Part shown: piece by piece, positions 38,199 to 47,546 of the stretch
Layout: each line of letters begins with the position of its first letter
Position numbering within the stretch: the stretch's first letter is position 1
Source of the DNA: Bacteroidota bacterium
GTDB taxonomy: Bacteria > Bacteroidota > Bacteroidia > JACPRZ01
Length of the DNA: 64,000 bases
Direction of reading: 5' to 3'
NCBI GenBank assembly: GCA_016193485.1
Contig: JACPRZ010000012.1
Span: 33,109-97,108, forward strand
The notes under the pieces: model-generated
What the model was told of the DNA's origin: nothing
The model's input: the letters and a program-made list of their open reading frames with translations, nothing else
The model's database searches: none
Made by a program: the position numbers and the translations under genes

Positions 38199-38280
38199 AA
38201 AGAACCAAGTCCCAAGTCGCAAGTCCAAAGTTCCAAGTCCAAAGAAGCGGAAAGTATCGGCTGTTCACGTGTAATCCGCT

Positions 38281-41200
38281 CTACCGGCAAATAACCAGTT
38301 TCGTATATTTCCCTGAAGCGCCATCATCAATTTTCAGGTAATATATTCCTTCATCCCACCCTTTTACATTGATCTCAAAAATTTTTCCGGATTCATGAAA
38401 CGTTTTAGAAACGCCTAAATTGGGCGTCTCAATATTTCTTCCCATCATATCAAATATTGCAAAGGATATTCCACCCGGTAATCCGGAAAATTCAATTGAA
38501 ATTTTATCATTTGCAGGGTTCGGATAAACCTGAATACCGGTTCCTGTTTCCGATAATTCTCCACTTCCCATAGCACAATCTATATTTACGCTCCCGGTAA
38601 TCGTGCACCCGTTTGCATCGGTAACGGTAACTGAATATAGTCCAACGAATAATCCGGTAGCGGTTGCGGTGGTTTGTGAAAATAAATCATTCCAAATATA
38701 AGTGTATGCGCCAGTGCCACCGGATGGAGAAGCAATTGCCTGCCCGTCAGCGCAACCATTTGGAAAGGTCGCAGATATACTGTCAAGAGCCAATGTGAGG
38801 ACAGTTGGTTCAGTAATCTGTGCGGAATCAGTTGCCGTACAGCCGCCTGCATCGGTAACGGTAACATAATACGCTCCAGGGCATAAACTGTCAATTAAAA
38901 ATGCGGATGCTCCGGTATTCCATAGGTAAATTATCGGTGGCGGACCACTAACCGATGCTGCCACACTTCCGTTGCAGGTACCGTAACAGGTAACATCAAT
39001 GCTGTTCGTTACAAGGTTTACGGGAATAGGTTCGCTGATGATAACAGAGTCGCTTGCAACGCATCCATTTGCATCGGTTAAAGTGACTGCATAATTCCCG
39101 GCACAATATCCGGCTGTTGTTCCGTCACCGGAATAGGGGGGGGTACCACCGTTTGCTACTACCGTAATAGTTCCATCACAGTTGCCGAAGCAGTATGCGG
39201 GAGCAGAAGTTGCAGCGGCAGTCAGGAGTGCCGGTTCATTGATGGTAAATGATGCCGAATCGGTACATCCATTGGCATCGGTAGCGGTTACGCTGTAGGA
39301 ACCGGGACATAATCCCATGATGAGAGTATCGGTTGCTGAGTTGTTCCAGACAACAGCGTAAGGCGGGATGCCGCCATAAGGACTGATGACAATGAATCCA
39401 TCGCACAATCCGTAGCATGACACATCAAATGATGCCTGCAGCATGTCTAACACCGTTGGTTCAGTAATAACAACGGAAGCAAATGCAGAGTCGTTGCATG
39501 AAACATCTGTAACGGTAACGGAATATGTTCCGGCAGGAATATTAACCAGGTCTTCCGAAACATCACCGGTTGACCAATAAATGGAATAGGAACCGGTGCT
39601 CCCCATTGGCAAAAGATCCGCAATACCGGTAGCGTCTCCATTACAGGAAATGTTGGTTGCATTAATTGTTGCCGTCAGTGAATCGGGTTGCATAAGCGTA
39701 AACGCATCATAGTAAATACATCCGGAAGAATCGGTCACCGTAAAAGAATAAATGCCGGCAGTGAGGCCGCTGCTCAATTCACTTGTTTCCCCATTTGACC
39801 AGGAATAAGTGAAAGGCGCAGTACCCATATCGGTTATCACTTCTATGGATCCGTCATTCCCTCCATAACAGGAAACATTATAAAAATTCAGGTAGGCGGA
39901 AAGATTGCAGGTGCAGGAATTGACAGTAAATGAAAAATTGAAAGTTGAACCGCAACTGTCGCTTACGGTAACCAGGTAAATACCCGGAGAAAGCCCTGTA
40001 ATAGTGTCAGTCGTAGCGCCCGTAGACCAGAGGTAAGTGTAGGGCAGTGAACCGTTCATGAGCGTGACGCTGGCCGCACCGTCATTGCCGGAGTTTACAC
40101 AAACCACATTAGTGGAAGCGGAAAGAGGATTGGCATCATTTATTATCACATAGGTAATATTCTGAACAGGAAATGGCGGAGTGGTGCAGCCATTGGCATC
40201 CGCAACATTTACGCCATAATCACCCGGAGCCAATCCTGAAAGGTCTTCTGTCGTGGCAATAGGAATGGTCGGAGGCCAGGTATCATACCAAGCAATGGTA
40301 AAAGGACCCGTGCCGCCTGAAATGGTCAGGTCAGCGCTACCGTCATTATTGCCATAACATACTACATCGTAGCCGGTAATTGAAGTTGCCAGTTCAGGGG
40401 GTTCGGTAATATTTACAGAACTATCGAAATAACAGTTGGAAGAATCGGTGACGGTCACATAATAGGTTCCGGCAGGCAAACCGGTGATACTATCGGTATT
40501 CATAGAATTCGACCATGAATAAACATAGGGGGGGGTACCTCCTGTAACAGCAGCATAGGCATTGCCGTCATTATTGCCGTAACAGGTAATATCCGATGAA
40601 GAAAGAGAAACCATGAAATCAAAGCAGGCGATTGAATCATTGACAATAAAACTTTCTTCATTGGTGCACCCGTTTACATCGGTTACGGTAACGGTGTACT
40701 GGCCGGCACTCAAACCTGAAATATCTTCACCGGTTGCCGAATTTGACCAGAGAAATGAGTAGGGTGAGGTACCATCGCTGACTGAAATGTCAACCGAGCC
40801 GTTACTCCCTGATGATGGAGCCGTCATGCCTGTAACAGAGATTTGCGGTGGATCTGGCAGATCAGCAGATGTCCATGCCTGGCTGCATCCCAAACTGTCA
40901 ATAACCTGCACATCATACCAGCCCGCACTTAAACTGTCAATATCTTCGGATGAATCACCGGTTGACCATAAGTAAGAATAGGGGGGGGTTCCACCGGTAA
41001 CCGTAAGATCACCGCTTCCGTCCGAACCGCCATAACAAGTTATAGGCGTTACGGTAATTGAAGCAAAGGGCCATGTGGGTTCCGTAATGGTAACCTGGTC
41101 AACCGCAGAGCATCCCAAAGTATCCGTTACGGTTACCGTATAAGTATTGGCATAGAGGGAAGATGCAATTGAATCTGTTTGCCCGTTGCTCCATTGAAAT

Positions 41201-42825
41201 GAATAGGGTATTACGCCATTTGATGCTGATACAGTCGCCTCCCCGTCATTGTACCCGTTGCATGAAGGATTTCTCCATGATGAAATCACTGCCGTTAAAG
41301 AGCATAACGGTTCACTTACCGTGAATGTATCGGTCAGAGTGCAATTATTGCCATCGGTTATGGTAACGGTATAAGTACCGGCAGTTAACGAGTAAATATC
41401 CTCAACCATGTACCCGTTCGACCAGTTAAAACTGTACGAAGGAGTTCCTCCGGTTACAGTTATATCAACATAGCCGTCATTGTTACCCACAGTTGATGCA
41501 TTAGTGACAATACCCGAAATAGCGAGATTCACCGGTGCGATGACAAATGCGGAGTCCGCTATAGCGCATCCGTTAAAATCGGTTACCGTAACGGAATATG
41601 CTCCCGGAGGGACGCCATTAATGGTGTCTGTAGTAGCCCCGGCACTCCACAAATAAGAATAGGGGGGGGTACCTCCGCCTGCTGTTACCGATGCCGAACC
41701 GTTATTATTTCCGCAAGTTGCATCCGTGCTATTCATAGTCAACGTTGCCACGGTATTAATAGTCACACCCATAGTATCATTGTTGCTGCAACCATTGGAA
41801 TCGGTTACTTCTACTGAGTAAATTCCTGATGAGGAAACAGTCAGTGTTTGATTGGTTGAAGAATCGGACCAGAGGAAAGTTGAACCGCCATTTCCGGCAT
41901 CAAGAACCACATTACCACCGCATTGATTGGTATCAGTGCCCAAATTAACTACCGGAAGAGGATTGACTGTTAAAACAGCGACACTGCTTGTATCAGTGCC
42001 TCCTGCATTGGTAACAACACATAAATAATTTCCGGCAGAAGATAAAGAAACGGGAGCAATTACCATTGAATCGGCAGTAGCGCCCGGAACATCCGTTCCG
42101 TCTTTTTGCCATTGGTAAGCGAGAGGAGCATCACCGGTTGCCGTAATGGTGAATATAGCGGATTCTGCTTCGCACCTGATTAAATTTCCGGGTTGTGATG
42201 TTAATGAAGGCGCAATAACATAATTAACGATCAACCTTGGCGCCTGTGACTGAACTGAAAATTCCCTTGGTGCGAAAATGATAAAATCATTGAAAATATT
42301 TCCGGCCATCAAACTGTCATTTGAATCGTAAGCCGGATTGCTTCCTCCCGGGAAACCGGTCGGATCATCGGGGTCTTTCATCATGATGGAACAAAAGTTG
42401 TTTGCTGCATTGTAATCTTTTAAAAAAATGTTTTTAAGATTTTCCGATGCTGTCCATCCGGGAGCCGTTCCAAAGTTTAAAAGTTGAAAAACCGTATCGG
42501 TTTTTATATAATTCCAGAGTGTTGTTTCGGTATCCCCTTCCATCCAGGTTTGATTATTTACATTCATAAATTTAATATCGCCATCCCAGTTCAGCGCTTT
42601 CTCAAGGACAAAAACCTCCAGCCTTACATCGATGACAACGCTGTTTGGCGGTATGGAGGTAATGTCAAATTTTATGAAACTATTTTTGCCCTCACCGCCA
42701 CCATAGGTTTTTACATACACATCCTCTGCAGGGTACAGGGTGTCGCTATGCTGAGCGTAAGCGCAAAAAACACCCGATAAGGCAATTCCTGCGGCAATTA
42801 AAATTTTAACCATTGTTTTTTTCAT
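38281..42825 (-). CDS. Giant T9SS-sorted cell-surface protein with N-terminal DNRLRE/CBM-like domain and ~14 SprB repeats (adhesin-like)
   Basis: 1514 aa with signal peptide. Repeats of ~75 aa with C..G..DG...V...GGTPPYSY.WS.G........L.AG.Y.VTVTD.NGC (SprB-repeat pattern). C-terminal T9SS CTD (GIYYLKIDDGASGKYTKLVICR). Confidence 0.85.
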   Translation of the reverse strand: MKKTMVKILIAAGIALSGVFCAYAQHSDTLYPAEDVYVKTYGGGEGKNSFIKFDITSIPPNSVVIDVRLEVFVLEKALNWDGDIKFMNVNNQTWMEGDTETTLWNYIKTDTVFQLLNFGTAPGWTASENLKNIFLKDYNAANNFCSIMMKDPDDPTGFPGGSNPAYDSNDSLMAGNIFNDFIIFAPREFSVQSQAPRLIVNYVIAPSLTSQPGNLIRCEAESAIFTITATGDAPLAYQWQKDGTDVPGATADSMVIAPVSLSSAGNYLCVVTNAGGTDTSSVAVLTVNPLPVVNLGTDTNQCGGNVVLDAGNGGSTFLWSDSSTNQTLTVSSSGIYSVEVTDSNGCSNNDTMGVTINTVATLTMNSTDATCGNNNGSASVTAGGGTPPYSYLWSAGATTDTINGVPPGAYSVTVTDFNGCAIADSAFVIAPVNLAISGIVTNASTVGNNDGYVDITVTGGTPSYSFNWSNGYMVEDIYSLTAGTYTVTITDGNNCTLTDTFTVSEPLCSLTAVISSWRNPSCNGYNDGEATVSASNGVIPYSFQWSNGQTDSIASSLYANTYTVTVTDTLGCSAVDQVTITEPTWPFASITVTPITCYGGSDGSGDLTVTGGTPPYSYLWSTGDSSEDIDSLSAGWYDVQVIDSLGCSQAWTSADLPDPPQISVTGMTAPSSGSNGSVDISVSDGTSPYSFLWSNSATGEDISGLSAGQYTVTVTDVNGCTNEESFIVNDSIACFDFMVSLSSSDITCYGNNDGNAYAAVTGGTPPYVYSWSNSMNTDSITGLPAGTYYVTVTDSSNCYFDSSVNITEPPELATSITGYDVVCYGNNDGSADLTISGGTGPFTIAWYDTWPPTIPIATTEDLSGLAPGDYGVNVADANGCTTPPFPVQNITYVIINDANPLSASTNVVCVNSGNDGAASVTLMNGSLPYTYLWSTGATTDTITGLSPGIYLVTVSDSCGSTFNFSFTVNSCTCNLSAYLNFYNVSCYGGNDGSIEVITDMGTAPFTYSWSNGETSELSSGLTAGIYSFTVTDSSGCIYYDAFTLMQPDSLTATINATNISCNGDATGIADLLPMGSTGSYSIYWSTGDVSEDLVNIPAGTYSVTVTDVSCNDSAFASVVITEPTVLDMLQASFDVSCYGLCDGFIVISPYGGIPPYAVVWNNSATDTLIMGLCPGSYSVTATDANGCTDSASFTINEPALLTAAATSAPAYCFGNCDGTITVVANGGTPPYSGDGTTAGYCAGNYAVTLTDANGCVASDSVIISEPIPVNLVTNSIDVTCYGTCNGSVAASVSGPPPIIYLWNTGASAFLIDSLCPGAYYVTVTDAGGCTATDSAQITEPTVLTLALDSISATFPNGCADGQAIASPSGGTGAYTYIWNDLFSQTTATATGLFVGLYSVTVTDANGCTITGSVNIDCAMGSGELSETGTGIQVYPNPANDKISIEFSGLPGGISFAIFDMMGRNIETPNLGVSKTFHESGKIFEINVKGWDEGIYYLKIDDGASGKYTKLVICR

Positions 42826-42978
42826 AAAGCAATAAGCATTTAGTCAGCCAAAATAATCAAAAAACCAATACCTGTACCGGTCAAAACAGGTTGGGTGTAC
42901 ATTTATGAGATTTATATCCATGCTGAACGGGATTAAGGAATTATTCAGGTATCTGCCCGGTGCAGGGTTACCGGTTCT

Positions 42979-43012
42979 TTTGTATATTTGCATTCAAAAT
43001 GCAAATATACAA
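42979..43012. promoter_or_regulatory. AT-rich perfect inverted repeat tttgtatatttgcat-tcaaa-atgcaaatatacaa just upstream of the AAA/DUF4143 gene
   Basis: 14-bp perfect arms with a 5-nt spacer. Overlaps the TTG-initiated 5' extension of ORF 42988; the true ATG is at 43024. Confidence 0.4.
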
Positions 43013-43023
43013 GTATTAATAGC

Positions 43024-44220
43024 ATGGGCAAATATATTCATCGCGAAATAGAGAGTGTAGTATTATCAGCCGCCAGGCAATTTCCATGTGTAATTGTAAC
43101 CGGACCCAGGCAATCCGGAAAAACCACGCTTTTAAAGCATCTTTTTGCCGGTAAATACCGCTATGTAACAATGGATGATCCTGACAAGCGGCTTATGGCG
43201 ACAAACGAGCCGCAAATTTTTTTTGAAAACAATCCTCCGCCATTAATCCTTGATGAAATACAATATGTACCGGGCATATTACCGTATTTAAAAATGATTA
43301 TTGATAATGACCGGTCCAGGATGGGACAGTTCATATTAACCGGCTCGCAAAATTTTTCTTTAATGGCCGGTGTTACGGAATCGCTTGCGGGAAGAATATC
43401 TGTTTTGAATTTACTCTCCTTCTCTTTAACCGAAAAGGTAAAAAAATTATCCGGTCTTTCGTACAGAAAATTACAGGAGCATGTGATAAAAGGCGGTTTT
43501 CCGGAAATTTATGTGAATAAAAAAGCCGATATCCGCATGTGGTACAACAGTTATCTGAACACGTATCTTGAAAGAGATGTCCGTAATATCAGGCAGGTGG
43601 GTGATTTACTGGAATTTCAGCGTTTCATGGCGCTTCTTGCGGCAAATAACGGCAATCTGATTAACTTATCAACATTTTCAAGAGACCTTGGCGTTGCTGT
43701 CAATACAATAAAACAATGGGAATCCGTGCTGGAAACAAGCCAGCAGGTATTTCATCTTAAACCCTATTTCAACAATGAGGGCAAGAGGATTATTCAGAAT
43801 CCCAAAATATATTTCCTTGATACCGGGCTTGTTTGCCATATAAACCATCTTACCCTCGCGGAACAGGTTTTTTCAGGACCGGGAGGCGGACAATTATTTG
43901 AGACCCTCTTTTTAACCGAAATTATCCGGCATTATTATAATAAAGGCGAACCGCCAGGGATATACTTCTGGCGGACATCCTATGGAGAAGAAGTTGATTT
44001 CATCATTGAGGAGAAGGGAAAATTAATACCGGTGGAATTAAAACTGACTTCCCGCATAAAACCCGAACTTGCAAAAAACCTTAAATCATTTCAGCGGATA
44101 TTTAATAAAAAGATCAGGAAATCCGTTCTGGTTTATCTCGGCAGGGAACGCATAAAACTGAATGACAATATTGAATTTATACCGTTTCAGGAATTTTTCA
44201 GCAAATTTCCGGAGATTTAG
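43024..44220 (+). CDS. AAA-family ATP-binding protein with DUF4143 C-terminal domain
   Basis: Walker A (GPRQSGKTTL). Start at the internal MGKYIHREIE. A widespread Bacteroidota family of unknown function. Confidence 0.7.
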   Translation: MGKYIHREIESVVLSAARQFPCVIVTGPRQSGKTTLLKHLFAGKYRYVTMDDPDKRLMATNEPQIFFENNPPPLILDEIQYVPGILPYLKMIIDNDRSRMGQFILTGSQNFSLMAGVTESLAGRISVLNLLSFSLTEKVKKLSGLSYRKLQEHVIKGGFPEIYVNKKADIRMWYNSYLNTYLERDVRNIRQVGDLLEFQRFMALLAANNGNLINLSTFSRDLGVAVNTIKQWESVLETSQQVFHLKPYFNNEGKRIIQNPKIYFLDTGLVCHINHLTLAEQVFSGPGGGQLFETLFLTEIIRHYYNKGEPPGIYFWRTSYGEEVDFIIEEKGKLIPVELKLTSRIKPELAKNLKSFQRIFNKKIRKSVLVYLGRERIKLNDNIEFIPFQEFFSKFPEI

Positions 44221-44353
44221 CAGGGATTGCGTTTTTGTTGATATTTTATCTCATTTATTTGACTACTTTTGACGGACAATAATGATTTTTTTAGCGGAAC
44301 AGCAAAAGTAAAAGTGCCAAATCTTCATACCCTTTTTTATTAACCTTGTTTCA

Positions 44354-44785
44354 ATGGCGGATGTTCACGACAGGGAAACGAGAAGTTACAATATGAGCCA
44401 AATCAAAGGCAAAAATACAAAGCCGGAGATTTTGGTAAGAAAATTTCTTTTTGCAAGGGGATTCCGTTATAAATTGCATGATAAAAAACTTCCGGGTAAA
44501 CCGGACCTGGTTTTTCCAAAGCTTAAAACGGTATTATTCATTCATGGGTGTTTTTGGCACGGACATGAAAATTGTAAATACTTTATTATTCCAAAAACCA
44601 GAACTGACTGGTGGTTGAAGAAAATCCGGAGTAATAAACAACGAGATGTGGATAACTATTTAAAAATAAGTAAAGAAAAATGGAGGGTTTTAACTATCTT
44701 TGAATGCGAATTGAAAAGTGACAAACGTCAAACAACTCTCAATAGGATATTAAAACGTCTGAAAAGAATACATGAAGCAGTTTAA
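44354..44785 (+). CDS. vsr: Very-short-patch-repair endonuclease (T/G mismatch-specific)
   Basis: TKPEILVRKFLFARGFRY...LPGKPDLVFPKLKTVLFIHGCFWHGH...WRVLTIFECEL matches the Vsr family. Overlaps dcm by 14 nt. Confidence 0.85.
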   Translation: MADVHDRETRSYNMSQIKGKNTKPEILVRKFLFARGFRYKLHDKKLPGKPDLVFPKLKTVLFIHGCFWHGHENCKYFIIPKTRTDWWLKKIRSNKQRDVDNYLKISKEKWRVLTIFECELKSDKRQTTLNRILKRLKRIHEAV

Positions 44786-46010
44786 TTTTATTGACCTTTT
44801 TGCCGGTGCCGGGGGACTTTCCGAAGGGTTTATTCGTGCAGGTTTTAATCCAATAGCCCATGTTGAAATGAGCAAAGAAGCTTGCTGTACCTTACAAACA
44901 AGGCTGGCTTTTCATTATCTCAGGCAAAATAGAAAATCAGAAACCTATTTTTCTTATCTGAAAAATGAAATATCGAGAAATGGTCTTTGGAATACAATTC
45001 CAGATGAATTATTAAAGTCAGTAATTAATGAAGAAATATCTGACAAGAGTATGCAGAATATTTTTGACCGGATTGATGACCAACTTTATTCCAAAAAGGT
45101 TGATGTAATAATAGGTGGACCTCCTTGTCAGGCATATTCACTTGTTGGAAGAAGCCGTGACCCTGATAGAATGCAGGGAGATAAGAGAAATTATTTATTC
45201 AGGGACTATGCACAATTTCTGATTCGTTACAAGCCAAAGTATTTTGTCTTTGAAAACGTGTTGGGTTTACTTACCGCTGGAAATCAAAAATATCTCAATG
45301 AGATGATTCAGCTTTTTGAATCAATCGGCTATTCGGTTGGTACCCCTACTGTGTTAAATGCACAGGAATACGGGGTTCTTCAAAAAAGAAGAAGGGTAAT
45401 CATAATTGGAAAACGCGGAAAAAAGAAATTTGAATTTCCACATGTTAGTACAAAAGAGAACAAATGGCAAATAAAAAAGGACTTATTTTTTGATTTACCG
45501 AAATTAAACCCCGGAGATGAATTACCATTAACCAATTATACCAAACCAATAAACGAGTATTTGAAACTAACTGAAATCAGAAATGGAATAGATTTCATTA
45601 CTCAACATATCGCCAGGCAGCACAATGAGAGAGACATAGAAATATATTCTATTGCTATTGACAAATGGATTAATTATAAAACAAGATTAAAATATACCGA
45701 TATTCCGAAAAGGTTACAGACACATAAAAATACCAATGTATTTCTTGACAGGTTTAAAGTGATTGATCCTTTCGGCTGTTCGCATACAATGGTTGCTCAC
45801 ATCGCGAAAGATGGACATTACTACATTTATCCAGACCTTAATCAAGTCCGTTCAATATCAGTTCGTGAGGCAGCCAGAATTCAATCATTCCCTGATGATT
45901 ATTATTTTGAAGGAGGACGGACTGCTGCATTTAAACAAATTGGAAATGCGGTGCCACCGCTGATGGCAAGTGCTATTGCCAGAGGAATTAAGAAGCAGTT
46001 GACGAAATAG
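44772..46010 (+). CDS. dcm: DNA (cytosine-5)-methyltransferase
   Basis: Motif I FIDLFAGAGGLSEGF, motif IV GGPPCQAYS, motif VI FVFENV, motif X QIGNAVPP. Confidence 0.9.
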   Translation: MKQFNFIDLFAGAGGLSEGFIRAGFNPIAHVEMSKEACCTLQTRLAFHYLRQNRKSETYFSYLKNEISRNGLWNTIPDELLKSVINEEISDKSMQNIFDRIDDQLYSKKVDVIIGGPPCQAYSLVGRSRDPDRMQGDKRNYLFRDYAQFLIRYKPKYFVFENVLGLLTAGNQKYLNEMIQLFESIGYSVGTPTVLNAQEYGVLQKRRRVIIIGKRGKKKFEFPHVSTKENKWQIKKDLFFDLPKLNPGDELPLTNYTKPINEYLKLTEIRNGIDFITQHIARQHNERDIEIYSIAIDKWINYKTRLKYTDIPKRLQTHKNTNVFLDRFKVIDPFGCSHTMVAHIAKDGHYYIYPDLNQVRSISVREAARIQSFPDDYYFEGGRTAAFKQIGNAVPPLMASAIARGIKKQLTK

Positions 46011-46728
46011 AAATTTTTACTTGCTCTAAAACTTCTTTCAACTCAGCGACATCCAAAAATGGAAGATTGCGGACACCACCAACAAGATTTAATCCTTTGA
46101 AAATTTCTCTTGTTTTATCTTCATTGGAAGAAATTTCCGGATTATTTTTTAAAAATTCCAATAAGGCAATTCTGATATTTTTATTGCTACCAAAACCTCG
46201 TTCAACAATTCCGGTGCTCAAATCTGCTCTGCTCAATAAAATTTCTGTGAGTTCATGTGGATTATTCCTCTTCTCATCATAAGTAAGATGAGAAAACCAC
46301 CACAATCTTGAGATGCCATTTCGTGTTAATGATTCAATATTTATATTTCTCAGAAAATATCGGTCTTTTAATCTTCCTATTTCCTTTCCTTCAGATGCTT
46401 TTTCCATAGGCCACCTTGCCCTCATGTATTTCCAAAATGTAAAATGGGTGAGATAAGTCCAAAGGCGTTCATCTGATGCTTGTGTTTCGTTCAAAGTTTT
46501 CAATGCCTCATAAAGTATTTTACTATTTTCCAAATCACCTTTGTCAGCTTCAAGAATTAAATCATCACTAATAAAAATTCCGGTATTCCCTCTTGGAAAC
46601 TTTTCTTCATAAGGAAACCTGTCCAATTTGTAGTTATCAAAATTGTTAGTAGCAACTGTATCTCTGAAAAGTTTATCGATGTAACTTTGCTGAAAAACTT
46701 TTAACTCAATTTGATTTTTATTTTTCAT
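45988..46728 (-). CDS. Hypothetical protein, third gene of the GHKL-ATPase operon (candidate restriction/defence component)
   Basis: 246-aa ORF with no recognisable motif. Its start overlaps the upstream gene's stop by 1 nt. Its 3' end overlaps the dcm 3' end by 23 bp. AT-rich codon usage. Confidence 0.5.
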   Translation of the reverse strand: MKNKNQIELKVFQQSYIDKLFRDTVATNNFDNYKLDRFPYEEKFPRGNTGIFISDDLILEADKGDLENSKILYEALKTLNETQASDERLWTYLTHFTFWKYMRARWPMEKASEGKEIGRLKDRYFLRNINIESLTRNGISRLWWFSHLTYDEKRNNPHELTEILLSRADLSTGIVERGFGSNKNIRIALLEFLKNNPEISSNEDKTREIFKGLNLVGGVRNLPFLDVAELKEVLEQVKISISSTAS

Positions 46729-47546
46729 TATTCTTCCATTAATTGTTTAAGGGTATTGAATGACCGATTATTCGGGTGGTCTAATATTCTTTGCGCTCTT
46801 TCAATGTCTGTTCTGTCCTTTGATTTGTCTTTAATATCCGAAAGAACCTTATACCATCTTTTGTCTGCATAATCTTTTGCTTCATCTGATGAAATAAAAT
46901 GAAGCGCTTCGATCAACGCTGGCAGAACGATACTGCTTAAAAGTAAATTCACCCATATTCCTTTTTTTACAATCTGATAATTTTCATAATCTTCCTGACA
47001 AAGCATTATGGTTATTTTTTCACCTGAATATTCATTATACATCGGATGATTATTTTTTCCAGTAGTATCAATATTCATTAATGCAGAAATTGACTTTAAT
47101 TCTTCCGGTGATTTATTCGCGTAAAATCTTCCTTTGCCTGCATATGCAAGAATATCTCCCCTATCAACGGAAAATGAATAGCCGGAATAATCAGAATTGA
47201 AATCTTTGTTACTGTAACGGGTAATGTTTTCATTGGCACAAATGAAAAAATCAATTTCAACTTCACCGTTTAACTTATAGGAGTTGATTTTAATTGCATC
47301 AGTAATATTCTTTTCGGACTTGAAAACTTCTCTATACATTGTGCCTCTACAATATAGATGTGAAACAAGCATCGCTTGCTTTTTCTCAACCAAATTTTGC
47401 AACACATCATTTACTATTTTAAATGTCGGAGAAATTTCAATTTCTTTACCGGAAGAAGAAACCCGGAGTTCAATTTCTATTAAACCGCTAACATCATCTC
47501 CGATTCCCAAAACTGGGTGCGGATATAATCTGTTATTGTAAAGCAT
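46728..47546 (-). CDS. Hypothetical protein, second gene of the GHKL-ATPase operon
   Basis: 272-aa ORF. Its start overlaps the GHKL gene end by 14 nt (translational coupling). No recognisable motif by eye. Confidence 0.5.
   Translation of the reverse strand: MLYNNRLYPHPVLGIGDDVSGLIEIELRVSSSGKEIEISPTFKIVNDVLQNLVEKKQAMLVSHLYCRGTMYREVFKSEKNITDAIKINSYKLNGEVEIDFFICANENITRYSNKDFNSDYSGYSFSVDRGDILAYAGKGRFYANKSPEELKSISALMNIDTTGKNNHPMYNEYSGEKITIMLCQEDYENYQIVKKGIWVNLLLSSIVLPALIEALHFISSDEAKDYADKRWYKVLSDIKDKSKDRTDIERAQRILDHPNNRSFNTLKQLMEE

Noticed and set aside
38204-38245. Imperfect heptad repeat (c)caagtc x5 after the radical SAM gene.
   Set aside because: It is too short and degenerate to assign a function. 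It was mentioned within the radical SAM finding but not called as a feature.
42988-43023. TTG-initiated start of the AAA/DUF4143 gene as listed in the ORF track.
   Set aside because: The extension runs through a perfect AT-rich palindrome. The ATG at 43024 gives a typical N-terminus (MGKYIHREIE...).
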